64,000 nt of DNA from Octopus sinensis (Eukaryota): assembly GCF_006345805.1 (NCBI RefSeq), contig NC_043000.1:37448001-37512000 (forward strand), given 5' to 3'. The position numbers and the translations under genes are program-made. Within the stretch, counting starts at the first letter, position 1. Each line of letters starts with the position of its first letter. Positions 25,681-37,416 of this stretch are shown here, one piece after another. The notes beneath the pieces were generated by a model, which did not search any database, was not told where the DNA came from, and saw nothing but the letters and a program-made list of their open reading frames with translations.

Positions 25681-26829
25681 TTTTATTCAGGAAAATTAAC
25701 TACTGTATAATGCAGGTCCCATAAGCATCTACTTTCAAGAGCAAGTTTGTCGTCAGCTGTACCTGTCATCCCATGAGGGGAATAAAATAAAACCAGTTAT
25801 ACAATAGATGCCAATGTGCTATTGTATGCTGGATTACCTTACAACATTTTCTCACATCAAAATTGAGATCAATATCAAAGGTACCAGCAGTATATCCAAT
25901 TTACTATATCCTGTAGTGTTGTACGCATGTTAGACGTATAGAGTCTTATTGATTATAGCTGAAATAAGCTTTCCTCACAACCACGTGCATGGCACTTTGA
26001 GCATGCCTCTTCTACTAATAGCATCGAAGATGAAATTTGAAATCTGTTTCAATTTCAATAGAAACCAGTCCATTCCCCCTGCACCATAACTCAGTTCGGT
26101 GAAAACATGAGCATCACAAAATAAATTTCGCTTTTACCTTAGGTTTAGTTAAATTGACGATTACTACGTTCAACAAACAAGGGACACTACTCTTAGAAAA
26201 AGTCTTTAATATTGACGTCCCTTTATATTGAAGCCTATTTTAAACGATTTTTACAAAAATTTAGACATTCTACAGTTTGAAACTTGAAATATGTAGTTCA
26301 TTGCCTTTATCAACCATAATTACAAAAAATGCATAAATGAATAAATAAAATAAATATGTTGCACTGTAATTTGAGTTACATTCGCTCTGTAATATAAAAA
26401 AATTTAAATTTAAATTTCACTGGATAAACAAATCTCAATTGGAAATTTAAGTGATTTTTAAGTGAGAAACAAACCTCATTTTTAAACAAAAATGACGTGC
26501 AATTTAATGGCCACAATTTGACATATCCGGGAGTGGCTTTTCTGTTGTGGAACTACCTGCTAGATATACCAACGAAAAAGCACTCTATCATTAATAACAT
26601 AGCTGTAATAAGGGCTGGCTAATTCGAGATCTGTTCATTCAGAATACGAGAGTGAATTGTTTGGTGTCGGGTAGTTGTTGTGCTTGAGCCCCCTCCCCCG
26701 CACGACGCTCAGTCACGAGGAAAGCGATGCTCATTCTTCCATATTATGTTAACACTGGTAGAATCAGAATAATGTTTTGTGGACTTCAATTAGAATATAT
26801 GATTATACATTAATATTAGAATATCTGTT

Positions 26830-27040
26830 GACGTGGCGAGCTGGCAGAATCGTTACGGCGCCGAGCATAGCGGCATTTCGTTCGTCTTCACGTTCTCAGC
26901 TCAAATTCTACCCAGATCGGCTTTGTCTTTCATCGTTTCCGGGTCGAGAAAATAAGTACCAGTTGATAACTGGGATAGATATGATCGACTTATCTCTCCC
27001 TCGAAATAGCTAGCTTTGTGCCAAAATTTGTAACTAATAT
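26830..27040 (+). mobile_element. tRNA-derived SINE
   Basis: gtggcgagctggcagaatcgtta...ctttcatc...gtgccaaaattt. Confidence 0.75.
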
Positions 27041-27310
27041 TAAAACATTTAGTCTAATAGATTCAAATCTACCCAGTAACCCATCAGAAAGATCTGTGTA
27101 CAATGCCAACTAAATCTCTCGAATAAATTACACGCTTTATTTATTTATTTATTACAATAAATCACTTGTCTCACAAATTAAAATTTTGCAAATTCATTTT
27201 ATTTATTACCGAAGTATCGAACAATTTGAAAAAGTTTATATAACAAATTTTTTTCTAAATATGCATTTGATAGTTTAATTCCTCGCTTAGTCAAGCGATT
27301 ATCGATTCTT

Positions 27311-27431
27311 GACGAAAGTAAAGAATATGTACACCCGGTGTTTAGGGTTACGGTTAGGGGTCATGGTATAGGGTTAGGGTTAGGGTTTTTGTTACGCCGA
27401 AAATGGGTGGTACGTATTTTTTACCTCCGTC
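27311..27431. mobile_element. TIR-bounded element with internal TTAGGG-like repeats (short copy)
   Basis: gacgaaagtaaagaatatgtacacc ... ggtggtacgtattttttacctccgtc flanking ttaggg units. Confidence 0.65.
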
Positions 27432-29294
27432 CAGTTCTTTTCGATTCCCAACACAATGAATGTCACGCTAAATGTATTTGTATTAATACACACCAATGGC
27501 TTTTTCAATTTTTTTTAATGATTACACACACACCCATCCGATATGCCCCAATAACACACGCTACCAAAGAACTTGCACCACACTTAAAACAAAACAAAGT
27601 CAATAGGACAGTAACAGAGACCAGATAGAGACATTAACGTGTGAATAAAACCATATTTAACATGAACGAGGAAGTTCCCTAGTCAGCTGTCTACCGAGAA
27701 GTGTGCACTGTATTACGTTGATAAGAAATGCACATATGCACCGGTGTGGGAGTGGTGCATAAACACTGAAGCTTTCTAAATATCGTGGTATTTTCTGACT
27801 CGCCCCAGTCCGTGCAGCAAACACGAAACAGCGGTGGAAAAGGCCTGATCTACAGGATTTTAATTATTGTAACCTGATTAATCATTCACAGTAACACAGA
27901 GTCAAATATAGAACCAACACTTTGCATGTAAGGGAGACAACTCTCTGCAATTTAAAAGTATCAAGAATATTTATGAAGCAGTCATTTGTTTATTTCTGGC
28001 AGTTGATCGGATTAGTACTTTATCTTTACACAAATTTAAAACTGTTTTGAGTTCTGAAGACTTAAAATATAATAAACCAAATTCGGAATTAATCATTTCA
28101 CCACATAACGCGTTTAAACAATTCAAATACAACCCCTTTTTTCTATCTGGAGTTAGAAACTATGGAATTACGTTATTTAGGCACTTACGTTAAAAGAACT
28201 AAGTAAATATCAAATACATTAGCAGCGTGATTTATTCTTATCACTGACAATAACTTTCCTGGCTGTAAAGGAATGTTAAGTCCAGTGGTAGCTGAAATAA
28301 CAGGTTTTCTCTTAGGTGAACAGGCCGTGCTCATGTCACTTTACAGCTTCTTTGACTCTGACAGGTAGAATGAAGGAAGGTATCTTCAAATTTGGGTGCC
28401 AGGCTCGATTACTTGCAATAGAGTGAACTTCGCTTAAGGGATCCAAATTGCTAGATGGTGATGTTAAACCGAGTGACAGATTAAGTCTAGCCCTCAAGTA
28501 AACCCTACCCGGATTTGAACTCGGATCAGAGGGAGCCGGAGCAATTAGCTCAAGGCACCCGGTCCAACGTTTATTACAGTTCCGCCAATTCACTTTTCTG
28601 GATTGGCATTTCATTCACCGAGTCCAAAAGGATGAAAGGCAAAGTTGAGTCTCAAATGTATGTACGTGTCTTTGTGTGTGTGTGTCTGTTTGTGTGCATG
28701 CATGCACGTACGGATGCATGTATGTAATTTCAAGGTCGCTCGCGCCTGTTAAGGGGAAAATTTATACAAAATATGTAATTAATTTATTCCCTTTTAAATA
28801 CATTTATTATATTAAGGGCATTACTATACGTAAATCCCTCGCTGTTGGTACACTGTATATTTATCAAGGTAGTTTTCACTTTAAGAGTCCCTTATAATAT
28901 GTAGAAATGCCCTTAACATATATATATATATATTGGCATCCTTTCTGTCTCGGGAGACAATGGAGTTGCGCATGTTTTTTTTGTAGTCTAGTCCGGCTTT
29001 TATATTTCATGTCCTGATACATTTCCAGCTGTGGCTGTGTAGTCCTATCCTGGACAAACACTCCCTCTGGCAGGTACCGCAAATGTAGCGAAGACTGTTC
29101 CTGGCTGGTTGTAGTGCCATAGTCTCTTGTTTACGTCTCTTCCTTTCTTTCCATTTCTCCTCTCTCTGTCACTCTTTTGTATTCCCTCTTTTACTGTACG
29201 TCGCCGTTCTCCACGGTTGCCGGCAACTGCCTCCCAACCGCTAATATTGATGTATATATATATATCTTATGTATTTTGTAATTTTCTATTCTAG

Positions 29295-29333
29295 CTTAGT
29301 CGAATTACTTATTCTTCTGTTCTACCTTCGGGA
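29295..29333 (+). CDS. Shal: Candidate Shal microexon (13 aa)
   Basis: ttttctattctag|CTT...GGA|gtgagt, 39 nt, phase 0-0: LSRITYSSVLPSG; splice signals only, no homology. Confidence 0.4.
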
Positions 29334-30176
29334 GTGAGTAGACAGGGCTGTGTAAAACCTGGAAATCTATTTCTCAGACGTTCGACACATTCTTGTCATA
29401 TTTGCCACTCTTACATAAATACTTGTGGGTTTATAGTAACATAGCAAAATATATGATTGAATCATGTAATAAAAATACTGGAATTACTAAAATTTAAGAG
29501 ATGAAAATTTCAGGTTTATTTTTTTTTGCAATTAATTTGTTTTTCCATATTTTTCATCAATGTTATTTCAAACTACAAATTTACAAACAATATTGAATTC
29601 CACATTAAAAATAGAAATATATGAACAGAAAGAATTACAATTTTTCTAAATATTTTTGAAATGTTCTTTTTCTTTTTATTAAAAACAGAATAGTTGTCAA
29701 AATTGGTCAATATTAAGAACTGTGGCTGCTAATAACTGTCAGCCAACAGCAGACGTGCTCTTCTTTGTGAGCGCTCAATTTGCAAGAAGTAGCAGCCAAA
29801 CATCCATTCAAAACATGCTTTACAATCTTTAAAAAAATTGCATTTTAAATAATGTAGCCAAAGTATACTAAGCCTGATCAAAAATAAAAAAGAAAAAAAG
29901 AAAGAAAAAGAGCTGCTAGTCATTGTTGAAATGTCTTTGATCCTGTTAAGCTTGACCTTGGGCTAAACAACAATGTCGTCTGCTCGAATTTCTATAATGA
30001 AACCAAGAAAGCAAATATTTCAACCAAACAGGTTTAAGTGGGAGGGTTACCGTTAATTAAATTATCTCGGTAATTAATAATTACTATATATAGTAATAGT
30101 CAAGAAGAAAAGAAAGCTACAATTATTAGTCCAAATGATATCATATAGGGCGAATGAAAGCCAGCAAATAATAATA

Positions 30177-30972
30177 ACAAGAGCACCCAGATAGTGCAAG
30201 CCTCCGCCATGGCAACACCAACGTCCTCTCAACGATTAGCTGGAGATGGTTTTTGAAATGAGAATATCTGAAATAAACTCGACTGCTCTCATAAACGAGA
30301 ATACTAAAAATGAACCTGGTCGCTATCAAAAATTAAGTTTAAAAAACAAATTAGAAAAAAATCGAAAAAATAATCCAGAATTGTTGTCCAGAATCGGATC
30401 GATCCCAAAATCTAATCAGTTCTTGGCAGTCACGAGGCCAAGCATCCCTGAAAGTTTCATCCGAATCCATCCAGCGGTCCTTGAGATATCTCATCCACGG
30501 ACAAATAAACACGACTGAAAACAATACCTCCACCTTCGTTTAGTAGGACGTCATAATCTTTTCTACTTTAGGCACAAGGCCTGAAGTTTTGGGAAGGGGA
30601 GGGCCAGTCGACTAGATCGAACCTAGTACGCAACTGGTACTTAATTTATCGACCCCGAACGGATGAAAGGCAAAGTCGACTTCGGCAGAATTTGAACTCA
30701 GAACGTAGCGGCAGACGAAATACCTATTTCTTTACTACCCACAAGGGGCTAAACACAGAGGGGACAAACAAGGACAGACAAACGGATTAAGTCGATTATA
30801 TTGACCCCAGTGCGTAACTGGTACTTAATTTAATCGACCCCGAAAGAATGAAAGGTAAAGTCGACCTCGGCGGAATTTGAACTCAGAACGTAGCGGCAGA
30901 CGAAATACCGCTCAGCATTTCGCCCGACATGCTAACGGTTCTGCCAGCTCACCACCTTAAGGCGGAGGTAAT
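30177..30972 (+). mobile_element. Helentron/HINE-like element with a SINE dimer (30556-30958) nested in its 3' end
   Basis: Homologous to 20235-20613; 3' part resumes as ttaaggcggaggtaat at 30957-30972. Confidence 0.6.
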
Positions 30973-31480
30973 AATGACGCAAGGAAAGACATGTTTTTAT
31001 TTTCAAGACATTTAACAATATAAACACATGGAAATCAGAAATGGTTTATCACTTCCTTGTCTCATATACTCTTATCATAAGACACATGTAGGTTTAGGAT
31101 TGGTAAAAACCATAAATTTTCAAGAATATTTTTTTTAAATAATATAAGTTTATTATATTAATGAGAAGAAAATAGTGATATGCTAGAAATAACAGCCAAA
31201 ACTATCTTTATTTTTTAACGAAAAGGCTTCTCCTATAATTTTTGAGAAGTGGTAGGCAGGGGGGAGGATTTTTCGAAAATTTCCATTTTCCTAAAATGCT
31301 GCTCCAGATCATCCCCAAGGACACAGCGAAAAAAAAAAACTAAATCTGAAAAATCCCCGTCAAAACGGAGAAACTCCCACTTGCTTGGGCCACCTATCGC
31401 TGATGTCTGCCCAAATATATTGCGAGGGTTACCACGTTTTTTTTTCCAGTGAAATACTAAAAAGATGTTAGCTTCTCATC

Positions 31481-31738
31481 GACGCAAATGGGTAAAGAAT
31501 ACGTACACCTGGTATTTAGGGTTGCGGTTAGGGTTTAGGGCCAGGATTAGGATTAGGGTTAGGATTAGTGTTAGGTTTAGGGTTAGGATTCGGGTGAGGA
31601 TTAGGGTTCGGGTTAGGTTGAGGATTGGGGTTAGGGTTTAGGGTTAGTATTAGGGTTGAAGTTTAGGGTTACGATTAGGGTTAGGATTAGGGTTTTTGTT
31701 GCGCCGAAAACGGCTGGTGTCCTATTCTTTACCGCCGC
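31481..31738. mobile_element. TIR-bounded element with ~25-30 degenerate TTAGGG/TTAGGA repeats (long copy)
   Basis: ggtaaagaatacgtacacc ... ggtgtcctattctttacc; same flanks as 27311-27431. Confidence 0.7.
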
Positions 31739-34494
31739 TATTATCATTTATGTATACAAAAAGAAAATGGAGAAATCGATAGATAGACAACAATTTTTGT
31801 GTGTGTGTGTCCATATAAGTATGTATATGTGAGAGGATGCTGAAAAGTTCCTGGTTTGGGGGGACAGAAAATACAAGAGGATCAGTTGATTATGATTTTA
31901 CGTACACACAATTATTGCAGCAGTCCTTCAATTTTTCTAATCCCTGAAAAAGAACACACACACACATTCCTATAAAGAGCTGCATTATCTGATGTCTCCT
32001 TTCGGTTCTTCTTAAGACACTGGGGTATGAATTGAGGAAGATTTGACTGCTATTTTCGCAAGCTGCAGGATTAAGTACAGGCCCCGATATTTGCCGCCAA
32101 CCTAAATTTACTTATTCAATTTTGCAATATTTCCCAGTAAATATATTGACATTTCTTCGTTTTTAGGTCCCAATGAACTAAAAAGTATTTAGAGCTTGAA
32201 AGATAAAAGAAAATAAATGGAAAATGCTTTGAGCTTCACTTTTTGTCTAATGGTGGTGATGAGGATTAAGAAGCAAGGCTAAGTTTTGGAACAGCTACCT
32301 CAAGGAATTGGGTGCTTTTTACCTTCATCTTTTAGTACTTCTATCTTGCAGACAACGGCAATTACCATTCTCAAACATTTCTTTTCCCCAAAACTTGAAA
32401 ATCTTTTACATTTGTTGCCCTCAGCAATTCCTTGCCATTTTCCCTCCAGGTGAACTCAGGAACCATTGTTTCCTGGTAATTTGTCTTTTTCACTGTTGTT
32501 TCAAACCAATAAAGGAATTTTGTATAGGAAGAAGAAACAGTCAAAGATGACTGTCTCTCTGGAGAAGAAATATTCACAATCATTACCGTTTATCTCAATC
32601 ACCATAATGTCATTTAAGAATAATTATTAAAAAAATAATTACCACATGGCCATGACCATGTCTGGTTCAAAATCTGTTTCCAAGGATTTTATTGTTGTAA
32701 TAAGATTTGCATAGAAATCTCCCAACAAACTTGCATGTTAAATCTATATTCCAATCACCAGATTGATAATGATAAAGTTACTTTACTACACTCTTCATTA
32801 TTTTCAAAATTAATTAAAAATAAGAGCAGAATATTATTTCAACAGAATTATTCCAACAAAATGAATGTTGTGCAACTCTTTTAATGTCAGTCAGTTTTCA
32901 TTTATTTCTAGTCATGTCCAAATATATCGTATTAAATTATATACGTTAAATTATTTCAAATCAGTAGAGAGTAATTAAACTCTAAAAGTTTTTATACTTA
33001 ATGAAAATTAGGATTAAACAATAAAGATATTTATGAAGATGGGGATCCAGTCATTTGGCTGTCAGCTTCTTTGCGATTTGCTAGAGCTAAATAAAAATAT
33101 ATTCTTTAATTAATTCTTCAGCTTAAAATACGAATACTCATTAGTAAAACTTTTGTTTTTGTTTTGTTTTGCAGTTATTGGTTCAGCTATAAAAAGCATA
33201 TTTCACTTTTTTAATCATTAAAAAAAACATCATCGCAAAATGTCAATATATAAATTTGGTTTCAGATTCTGAAGATAAAATTATCATTAATCTTGAAGAC
33301 TATTTTTTCAATTATTGGCATATTTAATAACAAAATATCAATTTCGAAACATTAAAAAAAGAAAAATCAATGAATTATTATTATTATTTATTATTTATTT
33401 TTTTGTTTTTAATTAAAGAAACACAAAGTAATTAATTCGTGTTTAAACAGAAAATGGTGAAAAGAAAAACAATAGCATTAGGGTCACTTCAGTGGTTAAT
33501 TATAAATATTTAATGTTAATTAGTGAAGAATTAAAAGTAATTTTGAAGTACTTACATAAATTATAAACATCTTTCTTCTTTTCATTCGAATACAAACATA
33601 AAGATAAGACTATTTCAGCAGTAAATCATCCGGTTTTGTGGAGTTCGGTGAAGTTGCACGGTTTCAATGGGAGAAATACAGGAAGCCTTTAACCTGGTCC
33701 TACATAATGCTAGAAATAGCAGCAAGATGTCCTTTTAATCATACTATACTTTGAGAAAATAATAAAAAAATACAAGGACATAATTCGATAATGTAGTTAA
33801 AATGATGAAAAAGTCATGATTTTAGAGTTTCATACAGAGATTTTACATAAAACGATTTCAATGTATTAAGGGCCATAATTAATAATCTATTTAACCACTG
33901 CTCATTAAAAGCTCAATATTCATGAAATAAACATGAGATATTTGTAATAAAACACTTGATTTACGACAATTTTTCATACATGAACAATCTTCAATCAATT
34001 ATATTTGCAACAAATACTGGATATAATTACAAAAATATTAAATATTTTTCAATTTCTCTAACTACAAAAAAAATACAATTTTCAAGGGAAATAACTTTAC
34101 TTAAAACATAGTTAAAACTCGGTTTTTATCTCCCCATGGCAAAATGGAATAAAGGACTCTTTTCCAATATCGTTGTCGTTTATGATATAACGCATGCGCA
34201 TTAATGCGAATAATTGTCGTCTGCTCAGCGAAGAAGACGAGAAAAATGAACGCGTTTCGGTTCATGATGTCCTTTTAAAATCTTTAAATTTTGGTTGAAA
34301 TTTAGTATTTTATTAGTTTAAACTGACAAATCCATTGAGGATATACGAGTGCCAGAAAAAATAACATATGAATTTCTTTCCGACATAGTAGTGACCCTGC
34401 CAATTCACCACTCATGAAATAAGTAAGCAAACTGCTTTTTTTTTTTAACCTTCTAATGGCAGACCTACAAAAGTGAACCCAAAACGACTTCGTT

Positions 34495-35010
34495 TTCTCA
34501 TAGCTTCCAGAAAAATTGATATTTTTTTATGCAATTTTCCTAAAAAAATATGTTTCAGATGTTGTAGATTCTGATCATATCGGAATTTGTTGTGAAAAAA
34601 TGTTTTCCGAAGGGAAGAACAGGAGTTTCCGAAAATGATCGGCTCCCACCCCAATACTGACACACATCACAATTTTTACCAAAATTTCAAGTTACTTTTT
34701 TTGATGTGAGTCAGTTTGTATGTGTGAGAGCCTAGCAATTTCTTTCTTTCTTTTTTTTTTTTTTTCACAATAAATTCCGATATAATCATAATAAACACCA
34801 CCTGAAAGGTATCTATAGAAAATTTCACAAAAAATATCCATTCTTGGGAAAGTTATGCGGAAATAAAGGCAACTCCAGTGAATTTTACAAAACTTCTCTC
34901 CTCACTCTCAGAAAAGCTTTTGCTGAACAAAAGTTCTGATATAATCGTAATTTACACTATCTGAAAGATTTCTGGGAAAAATTTCATCAAAAATGGCCAT
35001 TTTTCTGGAA
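34495..35010. repeat. Three ~105-110-bp modules (one inverted, two direct), probable non-autonomous DNA element
   Basis: 34495-34600 is the reverse complement of ~34760-34860, which is repeated at ~34915-35010. Confidence 0.55.
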
Positions 35011-35366
35011 GTTATAAGGAAACAAAGCCATGGCGGGGGGGGGGCACAATTGTGTAGGTATGCTGCTTCTAACAAACCATTTTCGAATTTATCAAGTATC
35101 ATTTTTATTATTGAGTGAGAGCACAGCACATACCATCCCAATTTTGACCCTCCATAAATCCCAAATTTTATTTTGGTATTTATGGGAGCAACTGTCTTCG
35201 ATAACTCATATTGTCGCTGAATGCTCGAAATGGGGAGAAGATAGACAGCAGACAAGTGATGAAGGGTCGTTTTTTGTGTTACTTGTCTTGTTTTCCACTT
35301 TCTTTCTCTCGTTATTTATGTATTTAAATCATTTATTTTCATATTTCATGTTGCTTACTGTTGGTG

Positions 35367-35446
<80 letters not shown>

Positions 35447-35453
35447 CAAAAAA

Positions 35454-36209
35454 AAGACTCCGCCGGTTACGACGACGAGGGTCCCAGCTGATACGATCAA
35501 CGGAACAGCTTGCTCGTGAAATTAACGTGCAAATGGCTGAGCATTCCACAGACACGTGTACCCTTAACGTAGTTCTCGGGGATAATCAGCGTGACACAGA
35601 GAGTGACAAGGCTGACCCTTTGAAATACAAGTACAACTCATTTTTGCCAGCTGAGTGGACTGGAGCAACGTGAAATAAAGTGTCTTGCTCAAGGACACAA
35701 CGCGTCGCCGGAATCGAACTCACAACCTTATGATCATGAGCCGAATGCCCTAACCACTAAGCCACGCGCCCTCACATATAAAATATATATATATATTAAA
35801 TATATATATATATATATTATATTATATTATATTATATTATATATATATATATATTATATTATATTATATTTTTTTTTTTTTTTTAAAAGACTCCGCCGGT
35901 TACGACGACGAGGGTCCCAGCTGATACGATCAACGGAACAACTTGCTCGTGAAATTAACGTGCAAATGGCTGAGCATTCCACAGACACGTGTACCCTTAA
36001 CGTAGTTCTCGGGGATAATCAGCGTGACACAGAGAGTGACAAGGCTGACCCTTTGAAATACAAGTACAACTCATTTTTGCCAGCTGAGTGGACTGGAGCA
36101 ACGTGAAATAAAGTGTCTTGCTCAAGGACACAACGCGTCGCCGGGAATCGAACTCACAACCTTATGATCATGAGCCGAATGCCCTAACCACTAAGCCACG
36201 CGCCCTCAC
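35454..36209 (-). mobile_element. Two near-identical tandem tRNA-derived SINE copies (period 433 bp)
   Basis: 35454-35775 and 35885-36209 differ by one substitution and one 1-bp indel; separated and flanked by (TA)n. Confidence 0.9.
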
Positions 36210-36257
36210 ATATAAAATATATATATATATATAATATATATATATATTAAATATATA

Positions 36258-36331
<74 letters not shown>

Positions 36332-36360
36332 TATATATTATATTATATATATATATATAT

Positions 36361-36580
36361 TGCCAGTACCGCCTGACTGGCCCCCATGCCGGTGGCACGT
36401 AAAAAGCACCCACTACACTCTCGGAGTGGTTGGTGTTAGAAAGGGCATCCAGCTGTAGAAACTCTGCCAGATCAAGATTGGAGAGCCTGGTGCAGACATC
36501 TGGTTCGCCAGCCCTCAGTCAAAACCGCCCAACCCATGCTAGCATGGAAAGCAAATGTTAAACGATGATGATGATGATGA
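36361..36580 (+). mobile_element. RTE 3'-end fragment
   Basis: ...ccaacccatgctagcatggaaagcaaatgttaaacgatgatgatg. Confidence 0.8.
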
Positions 36581-36613
36581 TATATATGTATATATATATA
36601 TATAATATATATA

Positions 36614-36644
<31 letters not shown>

Positions 36645-36658
36645 CATACATACATACA

Positions 36659-36689
<31 letters not shown>

Positions 36690-37257
36690 CCTCATCATCA
36701 TACTCAGTAATATCATATGACAATAGTTGTTTAAGATAATTTGAATTTCAGATACATTGGCATTAATGAGGTTTATCATATAAATTAAAATGAATACCTT
36801 CTAGATGTTAATCATGCTCTCTTTTCATCACAAAATGTTTTTGTTTGTTGCCCTGTTTTTTACTGCTATTTCTCCCCTGTACCAAACAGGAAGAGAAACA
36901 GATATAATGCATTATAATACATAACATGTTGTCATTTAAACAAAGGTCAACCCTGAATAAACAGCCAAATTTATGACCAAAATATCCATGACTTGACCAC
37001 TCTATCTTATTTTTCAGTCACAGCATATCTAGAATTACATTAATTAATGTGCCTTTTCCATTTCTAGAGAGTAGGGTGAAGGGGATTTGATTGTTATTTC
37101 TAGGAAATCAAGCAACCAGATGCTGGCTCACTTGTTATACGTTTAATAAAAAGGGGAAGGGATACTGACATACTATAGTGAAGTATGACATTGTTTGAAT
37201 GCTGATAAGCCTGATATTTCTTTTTACTGATGTTAGTCTTTTATTCCTATCTTTCAG

Positions 37258-37416
37258 GACAGGGAATTTACAGAGATGGATATGACTTTTAGTATACCTC
37301 CTAATAAGCCTTCGGAGACACCTCCACCTTCACCTGATCCATCATTGGCATCTTTAGAGCGAAGGAGGATGACAGGATGCTGTACTTGTAGGTTTTCTCC
37401 ACAACGCCGGTTCCTG
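37258..37416 (+). CDS. Shal: Shal/Kv4 coding exon following KTT, phase 0-0, 53 codons
   Basis: ctttcag|GAC...CTG|gtgagt; DREFTEMDMTFSIPPNKPSETPPPSPDPSLASLERRRMTGCCTCRFSPQRRFL resembles invertebrate Shal DREFxE...P.SP...CC segment; phase compatible with 9459-9641. Confidence 0.92.

Noticed and set aside
27311-31738. TTAGGG arrays as a true telomere or chromosome fusion site
   Set aside because: Short, degenerate, same orientation and enclosed by shared TIRs, so element-borne
31820-31960. Mariner-like TIR fragment gaggatgctgaaaagttcctgg
   Set aside because: Single short end with no partner TIR or coding remnant
35700-35775. tRNA genes (also 3960-4053, 15180-15246, 19383-19450)
   Set aside because: A/B boxes are SINE heads followed by SINE bodies; no complete cloverleaf
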